Shown here: positions 1-13,245 of the stretch, in pieces
How the letters are laid out: each line of letters starts with the position of its first letter
Numbering within the stretch: the stretch's first letter is position 1
Assembly: GCA_013265495.1 (NCBI GenBank)
Contig: MU058065.1
Span: 7,378,302-7,442,301, forward strand
From: Vicugna vicugna
Lineage: Eukaryota
Direction: 5' to 3'
Length of the DNA stretch: 64,000 bases
Made by a program: the position numbers and the translations under genes
Notes under the pieces: model-generated
The model's database searches: none
What the model saw: only the letters and a program-made list of their open reading frames with translations
Told to the model about the DNA's origin: nothing

Positions 1-149
1 TACCTGGGTGCTGCTTCTTCAGCCCACGTAGTTTCTCTTCCTAGTGCTGCCATTGCAGTCCTTTAAGAGAAAGACTATGAGGAAGTGGTTACACATGAAC
101 CAAGAGGGGAGGAGGCTTTAGGAAAGAAGTGTCTCAGCGAAGTCAGTAA

Positions 150-420
150 GAGTTCAAAAGTTTGGATTGGTTTTGTAATTCAGCAGGAAATCAGTAATTT
201 CCTTGAGAGAAATTTCAGGGTTTGTAAAATCATCAACTGAACTACAGAAGGTTGAGAGTGAAAGAAAGTAAATTGTAGAAATCACATTTAGACAACTCCT
301 TGAGAAATAGCCTGTGAAAGAAAAAGCTCAAAAGGGCTGTAGCTAAAGAAGGATACGTGCAAAAGGAGGAAGGCTTATTCATGCATTTTTTAAGATGGAA
401 GTGACTTGAGAAATACATAA
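150..420 (-). mobile_element. Degenerate LINE-2 fragment
   Basis: Purine-rich tract (gaaggttgagagtgaaag...tttagacaactccttgagaaatagcctgtgaaag) resembling antisense L2 body; highly diverged. Confidence 0.45.
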
Positions 421-429
421 TCTTAGGAT

Positions 430-948
430 AAGTGATATTTTGGATATTCTCTGTTTACTACATCCAAGTTGACTCTTTACCTGCAGTGTGCCCTGAGAGT
501 TTGACCATTTGAGACTATGTTAAGGGGTCCCTTGTGATCTGGTTTGCAGTTGAGTTTGGACAATGGGAAGCAGTAACAGGAGGTCAGAGACCAGGAGAAG
601 GAGTTTGGAATATCTGCTCCCACATCCCTGTCCTTGCCTGGCTAAGGTTTGGCAGCAGACCACAATTCTCTACCAAAGGCCACAACTCCTGCCAGACAGC
701 TCCCTCCTGTCGCTGCCACAGCTCTAACTTTCTAGTAGTTCTGTTAACAGCTTCCTTTCTCTTTGCTTCGTCAAGCCTAGGGGTGGTGGTATTGGCTTCC
801 TGCTGTTGCTACTCTTGGGAGCTTCACCAAACTTTTCTGATTTCCCTTAACTCTGACCACACCCTTGTAAATAGTCCCTTTATTAGACTCTCTTGAATTA
901 CCCTCATTTGAATATGCCATCTGTTTCTTGTTGGGGACTTGACTGGAA
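430..948 (+). mobile_element. ERVL-class solo LTR (LTR33/LTR41-like)
   Basis: Characteristic 3' part: cctaggggtggt...ggcttcctgctgttgcta...cacacccttgtaaatagtccctttatta...tgccatctgtttcttg...gacttgactg. Confidence 0.65.
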
Positions 949-2108
949 AAGGCGGGGAGGTGAGTAAAGGCCCTGTTTTCATCATAAGGCTCCAGAGAAT
1001 GATGAGAATATGGACAAAACACATGAGAACAGCTGTAACAATAGAGCTTGAAAAACAATGAAAGTGAGGGAATTTTAGTCAAAATGGTATATTCGGTTCA
1101 CATCTTGAGGCCTTCACTCTGCTTGGACACATCACAGTATCAATAAAATACCAGACTTGTAGATGTGGCTGAATCTCCACATCCTATGAGACCACAGGTT
1201 AAAAAAAAATAAAGTCAGAGGCAGCTGCATACTCAATCCTGCTAGTATAATAATGGGTATAAAGAGCCTTATCCCTGCCATGGTTATCAAGTCATAAAGA
1301 GGCTGGAGAAAATTTAACAACCAAGTCTATAACTTATACAAAACTACATGCCTATGGAAGCAGGAGAAGACAGAACACAGTCCCTGAGCTAAGACCTGGG
1401 TCAATACGCCTACTGGCTTGAAGATTAAATCTGTAATATGCTTAATTTCATACAAAAATGGAAATTCCAAGCTTCCTATATATAACCTGGTTCTGAACTG
1501 GACTCATATAAGGTGAACCTGTAAAACAAAATTCTGAGATACACAAGAGATATTGATGATAAGACAGGCACCTAACAAAATAAAAAATGGGAAAATGAAT
1601 TAATCTCAGGTTAAAGTAATAGAACAATTTAAAATGATTTAAAAATAAGTATGTTTAGGATTGTCAAAGAGATAAAGGAATATTAACCAGAATAATTAAA
1701 AGCTAAAGAATCAAACAAGGAATGATGGAACAAAAGAAGCAAAAATTATGAGAGAATATTTAAACTAACAATAGCAAACTGTGATACTAAAAATAAAGTA
1801 TTTCATAACATTGGAAAAACATTACTCAACAAATAGAATAAACTACAAACTAGGGCCTGTCAAGAAGAAAGTATGTAAATGGGTGTGATGGTTAATTTTA
1901 GGTGTCTACTTGACTGGGCATGGGATGTCCAGATATTTAGTCAAAAATGTTCTGTGCATTTCTGTGAGAGTGATTTTTAATGAGGTTAACATTTTAATCA
2001 GCAGAGGAAAGCAGATTGCCTACCCCCATGGGTGGATGGGCCTCATCCAATCAGTTGAAGTCCTGACTAGAAGAAAAAGTTCAACCCTCTCCCAAGTAAG
2101 AAAGAATT

Positions 2109-2149
2109 CTTCAGCAGACTGCCCTTGGACTTCAGCAGACTGCCCTTGG
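2109..2149 (+). repeat. 21-bp-period tandem duplication
   Basis: cttcagcagactgcccttgg occurs at 2109-2128 and 2130-2149. Confidence 0.9.
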
Positions 2150-2210
2150 CTTTTGAGTCTCAAGCCTGCTGACTCATACTACAGATTTGGAGTTAACAGT
2201 CTCCAAAATT

Positions 2211-2272
2211 AGTCTATTTCAGAACCAGGTTATATGTGGGAAGCTTGGAATTTCTATCATTGTGTGAAATTA
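2211..2272 (-). repeat. Inverted copy of 1443-1504 inserted in the MLT2 LTR
   Basis: Reverse complement aligns ungapped to 1443-1504 at 54/62; flanked by direct repeat agtctccaaaatt (2198-2210, 2272-2284). Confidence 0.9.
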
Positions 2273-4159
2273 GTCTCCAAAATTGTGTGAACTAATTCCT
2301 TATAATCTCTCTCTCTCTCCCCCTCCTCCACTATCTATATATATATATATAAATATAAACAAAATACAGATAGAGAAATTATATATACATATACAAACAT
2401 ATGACAGACAGTTAAGAAGCATGGAAATTGTATTAAGAGGCTCCAACATACATCTGATTGGGAGTTCCAGGAAAAAAAATACAGAGAACGATATAAGTTT
2501 TCAGAAATGAAGTCATGAATCCTTAGGTTGCAAGTTCACATAAAGTGCAAAAAGAGCAAATAAAAATGAAATTACATCTATTTATGTTCCAGTGAAACTG
2601 TAGAACATAAAAAATAAATTTAAAAGCTTACCTACAAAGATGGTTTACCTATAAAGAAATAACAGATTGACAAAAGAATAACCTTCAGCCACATAAGACC
2701 CACTAAATGTAATCGAGTTAATATCTTAAAAGCATTGAGAAAAAAAGTTAACCTAGAATTTCATACCCAGATAAATTATTATTCAGTTGTGTCGGCAAAA
2801 TAAGAACACATTCAGCTACATGAATAAGTAAATTTACTATTCATGGACCTGTGTACATAGTTCAAAAAGAATAAAAGTGAAATTAGAGGGTAGAATTGGA
2901 TACAAGATAGAAATAGTTGTAAAGTATTTCATTAAGTCTATTAATTATTGACAATGTAAAAATAAACTTTGCTTTAAAAAAGTGGGGACATAAGTTTAGA
3001 CAATAAGCACCAAAAAATGGTGGTGGTGGTAGTGATCAGTAGTTAGAACACACTGACACCCTTGTCTTTTTTGAGAGGGTGCTGGCAATAATAAACAAAT
3101 TTAGATCTTAGAAAAAAATGTACATATTAAGTATGTGTATTTAAAATATATGAGTAAACCATTAGAATAGCAGAAATACAATCTAACTTCTAAACCAGAA
3201 GCCAAGTGGAGAAAAGGTGGTGGTGGAGGGAAGATTAACTACAGCTCTATTAATACAACTGGAGGCAGAGAAGGAGAAAAAATGAGGATTTAAAAAAGAT
3301 GCATGCAAAGAACAAGTGGGAAAATAAGTGAAAATTGATTTTACTTGCAGGATCTTACATGCAGTGTGATACCTTTTATCTTTAAAGTTACCAAACACAC
3401 AAAATAATAGTAAATGTTTTGTATAAAAATGTGCTAAAAATATAAAAACCTGTACAGATGAGATATATGCAAGAGAGTGATTACCAAAAAGGAGAAAGTA
3501 AGGAGGGGAGGAGGTTTCAGCTGCATCTTTAATGTTTTATTTATTTTTTAAAAGGTCTAAAATATACAATGATAGTAACATTTAAAAAGTAGGTGTGATG
3601 ATGCATGTGTGTGTATGTCTCATTATTCTTTATGATTTTCTCTATCATGAGATATTTCATGATTTTTAAGGAGAAACAAATGAAAGGTAGAAGAACTGTA
3701 TGGCTGCAGAAACAGGTTTAAGAGCAGTATGGCTTGGTGGCAATGGGGGATTTCCTTAGACTTGAGGAAAGACTTGGAAAGGATTCCCAAGGTCACAGCC
3801 AGGTAGATATAGGCCGAGTCTGTAGATCAAGTAATTTTGTACTCATAGAGGTTTTGCCTTGGTCTGTTAAGATCTAGGGAAGTATAAGAAGTGATTATAA
3901 GTACACTAGGGTTAGGTTAGAACAAGATGTGGCATGGAGAGATTTGGACTAAGGAAAGCCAGTAAGGGCTGTTTAATTCTTTCAACCATATACTGGTACT
4001 GACTGTAAACTTTTTACTTAGTGTTCATTGAGTACTTGTTATCCTCATGTCACTCTATGAAATGTATGACTTGTATTATCTTATTTAAACACCTTCAGCC
4101 CATGAATAGGTAAGCACTATTTTTATCAACTGTTTCATTGAGGCAGTAAAATGTTTGGT

Positions 4160-4392
4160 TAGTCTCAAGAACTCTAAAGAGTTAGTTCAAAGCTTTGCTC
4201 CTAATGAGCTGTGTGATTGTGGCAGCTCACTTACTTTTTCTGTGCTTTAGTTTCTTCATTTTAAGCTGGAAATAATAATAGTACTTACTTCACTGCATTG
4301 TTTTGTAGATTAAATGTATAGACACATGTGAAGGCTTAGAAGACTGATTGGCATATAATCACTACATAGATTGTTGCTCTTATTTATTGCTA
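4160..4392 (+). mobile_element. MIR SINE
   Basis: gagctgtgtgattgtggcagctcacttac...ctgtgctttagtttcttcatt...aataataatagtacttacttcac core. Confidence 0.75.
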
Positions 4393-4479
4393 TTTTGGAT
4401 GAAAAAAATAAAAGTCCAGAGAAAGAAAGTAACTTGCAAAAATTCACAGCTAGTTGGACATTGTGGGGTCTGGGTAAGG

Positions 4480-4722
4480 CTGTGGTAGCCTTCAGTAGCT
4501 TAGCTAGCCCAAGGATGAGCTCACACAGTGAGGGTGGTTGAGCAGAAAGATGGTAAGAACCTAAACTTTGTTGATGTCACTGGGCTCTGAACTTCCCAGC
4601 CTTGGAATTTCCCTGCCCAGGGACTTTTGTTATGGAGATAACATGCTTTCTTAATTGTTCAAACTAGTTGAGATGTACAGTTTTTCCTTACTTGCAGCTC
4701 AAAGCATCCAAATGAATTCAAA
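4480..4722 (+). mobile_element. MaLR LTR 3' part (MLT1J/K-like)
   Basis: gagcagaaagatggtaagaacct...ggacttttgttatggagataa...tttttccttacttgcagctcaaagcatcc. Confidence 0.6.
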
Positions 4723-7074
4723 TACCATATTAAGCTCTTGCTATTAGGGGAGAGAAAGACATTGTGTCTTGAGATCTTGGAGCACCGAAGGACAGCCCCA
4801 GATCTATGATTTTGTCCCTGAGAGTAGGGAGTGGGTTGTGGCAGCATAAGATGACAGCAGAACCTGGTTTTTCCTACCAAACTAGAAAAAGCCATTCCAT
4901 GAACTGGGTCATGAGCTGCTGCCGAAGCAGTTTCCCTCAGCCCTTTAAACTGAGGAGCTCCTGCAACAACTAAACAAGTAGGAATCCAGCGGGGAGAGGA
5001 CAATGCTCCCTACTCAGATTAGGATGCATGAAGGTAATAAAAACCACCCCAAAGGAACTGTGAAAAGAGACTTGGGAAGTACATCCAAGAGAGTGAAAAG
5101 GAGGGAGAACAGAAGGAGCCCGTGGAAAGAAAATCTTCCAGACCAAATGATGGTCCAAAAATAATGAGACCAAAGTTCAAAGAAGTAATTTAAGCCAAAT
5201 ACGGCAGAGAAAGCTGAGCCAGCAAGGGGCAGGCTCACTCTGCAGGGAGCAGGGAGCAGGGAGCGTGGAACAGCAGGGATAGAGTTGAACAGAGTTCATT
5301 TTAGGACAGTACAGGGGTCAGAATTGAGAAAGGCACTCATCTGATGGCCTGGAGCTCCCATTGCCCAGATCAGTGAAAGGGGTGGGGCTAGATGGTGTGC
5401 TAGAACCTTCTCTGCATCCGAGAGACTGGATCATGGTGTCCACCCCCACAACTGCCAGGGCTGCTTGAGTTTGCAAAGCTTATCCCATCTGGATGGGCTT
5501 GCTGTCCCTGCAAGAGATAGCCCCAGAGAGCAGGCAAATGAAGAAAACTTGACCTGCCTGGAGCCAACCTTCTTTTAGGCCCTATTTTATATCTCATTTC
5601 AGCAAAGAATTACAGGGATGCCAGGGATGATGGATGCTAAGCTCATTAACTGTCTGCTTAATTTGGGACTTGGGCTCTTGCCGATCCTATACCCCAGGTG
5701 ATTGCCTAGAGCTGAGTGTCTGAGCATGCATCTGGCTCATTTATATACTCTGCACAAGGGTATGTGTGTGCACATACACAGTAAAAAACATATTTCTATT
5801 TATGTCTACTAACCATAGTCCTTATTCCAAAGTTAAACTCCATACCTTCCACCACAGCCTTTTGAGCCATCACATTGAGTTAAACAAACAAAATTAATGT
5901 CTTCACAAGCATTGAGGATTTAAAGAGGCAAAGAAAGGAACATGGAGAATTTAAATTCCTAAACAGCCCTAGAAAAGTCTCCCTTCTACGTACCTCCCTT
6001 GGTTACAATCTCCACTATTCATTCTTACAACAGAGGACAAAACTGGACCATATTTCATGGTTACCACTTGATTCACACTGCACTCAAATATACAAAGAAA
6101 ATATGGTTCAGGTGGCTTTTAGAATTTTTCTGTGACTGATCTGAGTCTCTATGGCACTGGCTAGTGGGAAAATGACACCTAATGATAGCTCAGTCTCTTC
6201 CAGTTAAGTAAAACTTAACCCAGAGAAACTCAGAGTTGTTTGGAAGGGGTCCTTCCACTGCTCCTCCCCAAGATGGCACCTGGAGGTTGAGGGGGACTAA
6301 AAAGACGTCATGGTGGAAGAAAAGAAGGGCATGAAAGGCATTGCGAGCCAAAATGGTACCCCCTGGATTCTCGACTGTGGAGTGGCTAGTCTGGTCTTGT
6401 CCCTGAATTGGTGACCACTGGTCTTAAGTGTCCTATGGGGCCAGTGTGTCACCTTCTTAACCCTCTTGGCCCTCTCTGCACCTCCTTGGCCCCTATCTGG
6501 AGCATTTGTGGATTTCTGGGTAAACTGCTCAACACCAGGGCTCTAGGTAGTTGGAGAGGGAGAAGTGCTGCTGTGGGCTCCCCGACCTGTGCACTTCCTG
6601 GCTCCACTGTTAAGCTGTGCCCAGACCATACTGACTGTGGCTTTGTGTGTGGCTCTGCCTAGAGGCTCACAAACTCCTCCAGGCCATGCCTAGGGAAGAG
6701 AGCCACTGGTCCCTTACCCCAAATGTTTGCAGGTCCCTTCCATACCTATCTAAAAATTTCCACCATGCCTCCTCTGGCCTTGGGCTTCATCTTAGAGGTG
6801 GATAATAAGGACTTGTGAGTCTGACCTCTTTGCCCTACTTCTGTCTTTCTTTTCTCCCCCTTGGAACAATTGGGTAATTTCCCTTCTACTCCAGTCTACA
6901 GGGTACAGTTTGTTTGGAATCTTCCTCTGCTCTCTTCCCACTTGAGATGTTCTCTGTCCTTCCTTATTTTCTGAGACATAAAGGCAAACACAGTGCAAGG
7001 AATGAGAACTTGTTTTCACAGATAAGTGTTCATGACTTCAGAAATATTTAGAAAAATATAGCAATTACACTAGC

Positions 7075-7208
7075 ACTGACTCAGTTCCCTCATCAGGAAA
7101 ATGGGATAATTGTTTCTATCTCCTTGAGTTGTTGTGAGGGCTCATGAATTAATCTGGTGAAGTATATGCCACGGTGTCTAGCAGATAGTAAGCCCCCTGT
7201 TAATGGTA
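7075..7208 (+). mobile_element. MIR SINE fragment
   Basis: ctcagttccctcatcaggaaaatgggataat...gttgttgtgaggg core. Confidence 0.75.
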
Positions 7209-7760
7209 GGCTAGACAGTCATAAACGCCTGGTGTAGGACTAGAAGCCAAGCTCCTGACTTCCTGGCTGATTTTCTTTCAGAGCCATTCTCTGCCTGTGT
7301 TATTATGGTTGGCAAGACCCTGTCTCAAATAACTTATGGTCTATGAGGACACAAGTCCAGCCCACGGAAGGCAGGGCAACAGGCAGAGACAGTAGGCTGT
7401 CGTGATAAGTGCTGGGCTAGCAGCGCCAAGTGCTTTGAGGACTAACGGCTGCTGTTAGCCAACAGCTGTACTCCGGATTGCTCCGAGAGCACGGCCTTCC
7501 AGGGCCTGCTTGGACCTGCTCCAGTTCAGTCCCTGCAGGAGCCGGGGCCTTGCTCTGGGCCTTTTTGCGCAGGTCTGGCCAATCAGAGCTCTGTTGCTAC
7601 ACAGCCCCTGCAGGCAGAGCCTTCTCTCCAGTTCTGCTTGTAGCCAGCCTAGCTGTCCACAGACATCCCTTTGCTGTTTCGTTTGGATTGAATTTTTATT
7701 GTATAGCACCTGATACATACTTTTCTCTTTCTTGTTTTCCTTTTTTTCTTATTCCATTCA

Positions 7761-7782
7761 ACACACACACACACACACACAC
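7761..7782. repeat. (AC)n microsatellite
   Basis: Direct reading. Confidence 0.95.
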
Positions 7783-10700
7783 AAGGAATCAAACTCAGAA
7801 TCATTAACAAAGAAACCTTGGTCCAAGAGAGAAAACAATCTTTAAAAATACTCGTACTCCATGCTCGACACAGCAGGGAAGATCTGTCTTTCTGGTATTT
7901 GGGGATGCTAACTAAAAGGTGGCCCCATTGCTGCATATTTAGCTTCCCTCTATTCTCGGCTCCCAGGAGAAGAGAAGTGAACAGGAGAAAGATGATAAGG
8001 TTTCAGATGATCTGCCTCTCACCCTCTTATTGCCACCTCTCCAGCGTCCATCCACAGGGCTAGTGTGACACAAGTTATCAGCATGGGGGAGCTCAAGGAC
8101 TCTCTGCGTCTCTCCTCTTGTGAGAGAACAACACCCCTCCACCCCCAACCACGATAAGAGAAAGGACAAACACATTCTTGAGAGAGAAGGGGCTGCATGC
8201 AGCAGGGGCTCATGATAACACCCGAGCCCCCAGGGAGGGAGAGATGGCAGAGAGAGATGATTGTGGGACCAAGATGAGGGGATAAAGTGGTCCCAATGAA
8301 GGGAAATTTCTACCGAGGGAGGAAAGCAGAGGGGTCAGGGAGTTCGGCATGATAAAGAACAGGAAAAGATGAGAATTTTAAAAGCAGCTTTGACCTGTCT
8401 TCCTGAGCCTTCTGAAATATTAAGAGAGAGATGTGAGAAAAGGTTGGAAGACCTGTGTAGCTGTGGTGTTTTGAACTCACTACTACTCTGACACGGAACA
8501 CTTTTTAAGTGTTTTATTACACTCACTCACTCTGACACCTACCTGCTCCGATTTTTAGGTAATTTTACAAAAAACATACATACATAAATAAATGCCAATA
8601 AAATAAGGGTTAATATTTTTAAAATCACATGGTTATCAGGCAGATTTTGCTGGGGAGGCTTTTTCTGGAAACCTGGGTAAGCTAGTTATTAGACTGTGAT
8701 TGCTCAAAGGAAAGGGGAATTAGGCAGAAAGCCAGACTACCTTCCTTCCAACGATTTTCTCCAGAGTTCTGATCCTTTTAGTCTCTGCCTCACCCTTGCT
8801 ATCCCTATTCTCTTGGTGGGTCGGTGTTGCAGTGGAGGGGGCGTTTCAGCGCCATCTATATCACAAGCACAGTGCAAAAGTTTTGAAGCAGAAATGTAAA
8901 TAATAGTTCAAACACTTGGGGAATTATGATTTTATTTTTAAAGAACATAGCTTAAAAACCCATGCAAAATACAAGTGCTCGCCTGAAAAGCCAGGGTCTA
9001 AGATAAATAAGAGTTTTAAAAGATAGTGATTCCCATATCTTAAAGTTTAGCAGCTCCTTTCTCCCTCCCCTCTAAACAAAGATGAGGGGTTTTTTTTTAG
9101 GAATTAATGTCTCATGTGGTAAAGAAACATTTTCACTCTTCAGCAGTTCCTTAAGATTCATAATGGTTTTTCTTTTACACTCAAACAAGCTTATACTTCC
9201 AATTTTTAAAAAGTAATTAAGACTTCGTTTTTAAAAAATTGTACTTATCTCTTTACATTGAGAGGAATGATTCTGACAATATTTATAAAGGCCATTTTAA
9301 TAATGAATTATCGAAGAGATTTTTTTAAACCTTTTTTGTACTTTTCAGTCTAGTGTGATTTTAAAAACAGACTGCATATTGTTTTCTACAGAAGTAACAT
9401 GACTTTCTTAAAAAGGAAGAAGAAATCAGGCAATGTCTTGAGAAGAAATTAAAAGCCAGTGACTTTTCCCTGCAGATTTCATGAGTGTGTGTATGTGTGT
9501 GTGGGTGTGTGGTGAGGGTAGCAGCGTCTCAGTGCCTTCATTCCCAGGAGACAGCCCACGGCAATATCAGTATTCAGTGGAATGAGGACCAGACAAAGGG
9601 AGCAGAAGCAGTGAGTGTGAGGGAAAATGGGCACCAAGAAAGTTAAACATGACTCACAAAAACACATTATAAAATTTTGAGAAAGGTCAAGTCTCAGAAA
9701 TTATGGTTACCCATCCCCTTCTTCCTGAATAGAACAGCCCTGGCCCTCCCCGGTTTAGGTGGGCGCTCCCGCTTAGGCTAAGTCAGCATTGAGAGGGGTG
9801 GGAAAGGAGAGTGAGGAGGTGCACCAGAGTGATGGGAGGAGCAGGTGCATGGGTTTTCCATTGTCAAGGTGCAAGCAGGGAATAAGCATCCTTCCTGTAA
9901 CTGGGCTGAACCAGAGGAGGACCAGTGGCCTGGAGGCGCTTCTCAATAGCCAGCATTTCTCAGAAGCACAGCGGAAGTCTCCCAGACAGGGCAGAAAAGC
10001 TGGCATCCCTTTCTTGGGAGTCAGAAGGAGAGGAAAGAGTGAGGCAGGCCTAGCCAACATACCAGGGACAGTGGTGAAATCTTGGGAATCTGCGGGGTCT
10101 GCCAGACGTGCTTTCCACAGCCACTTGGACCGCAGCTCTCAATGCCCTCACCTGGAGAACCCGCATGAACTTGGCTGCCAGACCATAGAGGGAAGTCCCT
10201 GGACTGAAGGACCAACTGCCCCATGTAAATTCACTTCCTGGTGCCAGCTCCTAACTGTAGGGATGCATGTAGGTCTGGGCCACTCTGCATGGGTCCTGGG
10301 ACCCTTAGGAAGGTCCAGGCTTGTGCTTGTCATCCTGTGATACTCTCTTTGCCTTGCTTGTTTCTCCTGTCTTGCCAGACACACTCTTCCTCACCTGTCA
10401 GTGACCAAATCACACTTGTATCTGGTGTAATCAAGAGCTCAGACTCATCACTGTAATCCAGTTCCCACAAAGTTTCTAGATCACTAGCCTTTCTCTTTCA
10501 CTCCAAATCCTCATAACCTACAAAGGAGAAAACAAACAACACATGCAAACAAAAAATCAACAAAGAACAGAAGGAAGATTTCCTGGCTTTGGGCTGGAGG
10601 CACAGCAGGAAGCTGTAGCCACACAAGCTATGCTCCGTGGCCAGAGTCATGCGTCACGACCCTGAGGTTGAGCAACCCAAATGTAACACCAGGGTGTTGA

Positions 10701-13212
10701 GGTGCTGGAATCCACTCTCTTGCCCTCTAGTAGGTCAGTTCTTGGCGGTAATATAATTTTATAGATGGAAAATTCCAGACAGAAGTGACCTTCTCTGTGT
10801 TATGCAGCCAGATGTAAGTAAAACAAGGAGAAGTGACATAAGCCTAGACCCAATTATTTGACATCCCAAGAACTTTCCTTTATGGTCTGCAGTGGCTTAG
10901 GTGGGATGGAGGTCCAGCAAGTCAGCAGCATGGGAAGCCAGACTGGCAGACCCCTTTCTCTGCAACTCTGTCTTAGTTACATTAACCTTTCCCACCTTAT
11001 TACCTGAGTTAGGGATGTGAAGTGGAAAAAACACATTTGCTTGGAATTATACCTAAAACAGAAATTAGAAATCTGTGGTAGGTTTGTGTTTCCCTGGTCT
11101 CAGGGCATCTCACCTGTTTTCTTCTGCATTCAGTCTCTAATTCAGGACTGCTTCCCCTTTCCTGCACATGAAATATCAACCCAGCTTATTAATATACCTC
11201 ACTGGTACTTTAATGGACACTCCAGTTGACTAATTTTGTTCAGTCACAAAATGAGCTTCCCACCAAGACAGAAGAGGAGGTTATATAATCAGATATAAAT
11301 TTATAAAAATGGAAAGAATGTGTAAGGATGACATAGTAGCATCTTCAGAATGGCAGGATTTGCCGTGAGGCCATGGCAGCTTCTATAGCCCAGAGAAAGG
11401 CCACTCGTAAGGTGTGAAAGCAAAGGCATTACCCCGTCTCTTGGTCACCACCTAACTGATCCACTAACGGGTGCTCTTTCTTCACTGCAGGTGAATGTGG
11501 CTCAGGGTAAGAAGCTCTAAAAGTTTACCCAAATTCCTTACTGGTACTACTTTATTTTACTCTGTAATGTTATATAAAATTGTTTAGCCAGACTTTTGCT
11601 TCATACATTCCAAGTTCCTGGCCAAGGACTCAAAGTTTTGTTAGATGCCATGTACCCTAAATTAAATTTTATTTGATGTGCAGTTATGTGCTGAAATATG
11701 TTGTGTTCTATAGAAGTGAGAAAGGTGAGAAAATGAAATGCTGAAGGACTGTGTTGTATACCTTGGATCAAATTAGTTCAGGAGTCATTCAGATGGACCA
11801 GAGTACCCTAAACTAGATGAACAAATCAACCTATAAAACTTTGTCAAAAGCTTGTTAATAGAGAACTCTATCGATCAAAATTTCCATGTCAGTAATGCTC
11901 AAACTTTTAGTACTCCTCTCTTGTTTTGGCCTCACTAAACTGAGGTGAGGTAGGAAGGTCTTACCCTCCATTTAGCAATGTGGAAAGAGAGATCTAAAGA
12001 GTTGGAGTGTAAAATATAAAGAAGTCTCCAAGCTGGTGACACATGGAAGCAGAACAACATCCTACTTTCCCATCCTCTTTTTTCCTTGATGCCACTGCCC
12101 TACAACATGGTATCCCCAGAAGCCACAGTCATCTCCTCTTTGTGGGACAAACATGAATCTATCTTGGCCCAGCACTCCTGAGAAAAGCAGAATATATTAA
12201 AAAAATTTACCTCTGTCTCACCAGATGCCTTCAGGATGAAATTCTTCCCTAAACCAAATCCTAGAGTCCAGTTAAGTGTTTCAAGGAGGGCAAGAAGTAA
12301 CAAGGAGAAGTATTGAATCCTCCTCTTCCCCTAACACAGGACTGTATCCAAGCTTGATGTGAGCATCTCCTGCCAAAGCAGGCAAGATTGTTGAGCTGAA
12401 ACCAAGAGGATGGGTCCTTGGCAGAGCAGACCCTTTCAAGGATGAAGATTGGATGCTGGGGAAATCCACCGTCCACAGATCTGAGGTTCCAAACTGGACG
12501 CTCTCATTTTCCATACCTCCTGAGGAGCTGGCAGGGCAAGACATGGAATAAACTGAAGAATACTGCGCTCCATCCAACCCGTCTGGGAACTCACAGTGGA
12601 AAATAATGGGGGTAATACACTGGGACAACCTCAACTTCTTGAGATCAATGCATACCTCTATGCTTGTCTGCATACTTTATACAAGTTTTCATTTTGAATA
12701 AAATGAAGAGTTAGCATCAAGAATGGGAATGGCTACTCAGTTTTAAAATGTGTTGGTGAAGCCAGAACTTGGAGAAGCCAGTGGAAGCAGGGGTGGGAAT
12801 AATCAAGGAAACTAGCCTCCCATAAGAAGCATCAAGGAACTGGATGTTTGGTATCAAATTCTGTTGCACCAAACCCTTGAGGATTTATGCTTTTTTTTTA
12901 AAAAAAAATATAATTAACATTAGGACCCTTGAATGCATTCATTCATAGGACATACATTATGCTCCTATTTGATCACAAACACTGGGAAGGTCAAAAACAG
13001 ATAAGATATAACTTCTGTGCCTAAGGAATGTTAAAAATAGTAGTTATCTCTAATCAAAGGAGACTGAATTGTGGAATAATATTGAGAAACATATAATTAC
13101 TTAAAAATAACAACACACACAATCAGTGGCAAAATGTCCCAGGTCTCCTTTAGCACCTTTATCCAGTGTGGCTCTGACCTCTCCTGAGACATTCCCCTTT
13201 GTTCTAGATTTG

Positions 13213-13245
13213 CCTACGTCTAGTTAAGCTTAGACTAGACGTAGG
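13213..13245. repeat. 33-bp quasi-palindrome
   Basis: cctacgtctagt-taagctta-g-actagacgtagg: perfect 12-bp arms, self-complementary 8-bp centre, one unpaired base. Confidence 0.9.

Larger units (their letters stand above)
1884..2330 (+). mobile_element. MLT2-family (ERVL) LTR
   Basis: Begins tgtgatggttaattttaggtgtctacttgactggg; contains gggtggatgggcctcatccaatcagttgaag; ends near aattccttataatctctctc, as in MLT2. Confidence 0.8.
1500..3670 (+). mobile_element. Ancient L1/HAL1-like remnant (ORF1-derived plus 3' region), interrupted by MLT2 LTR
   Basis: A-rich strand; ORF1-like motifs at ~2435-2470 (aagaggctccaacatacatctgattgggagttcca, RxSNIHLIG) and ~2750-2790 (aacctagaatttcatacccagataaattatt, like PRILYPAKL). 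Start boundary uncertain. Confidence 0.55.

Noticed and set aside
9789..10340. 183-aa ORF
   Set aside because: Non-ATG start, no recognisable domain, no supportable splice structure; compatible with chance in a GC-richer patch.
12281..12673. 130-aa ATG ORF and overlapping plus-strand frames
   Set aside because: No similarity to any family I recognise. A small exon cannot be excluded without a search.
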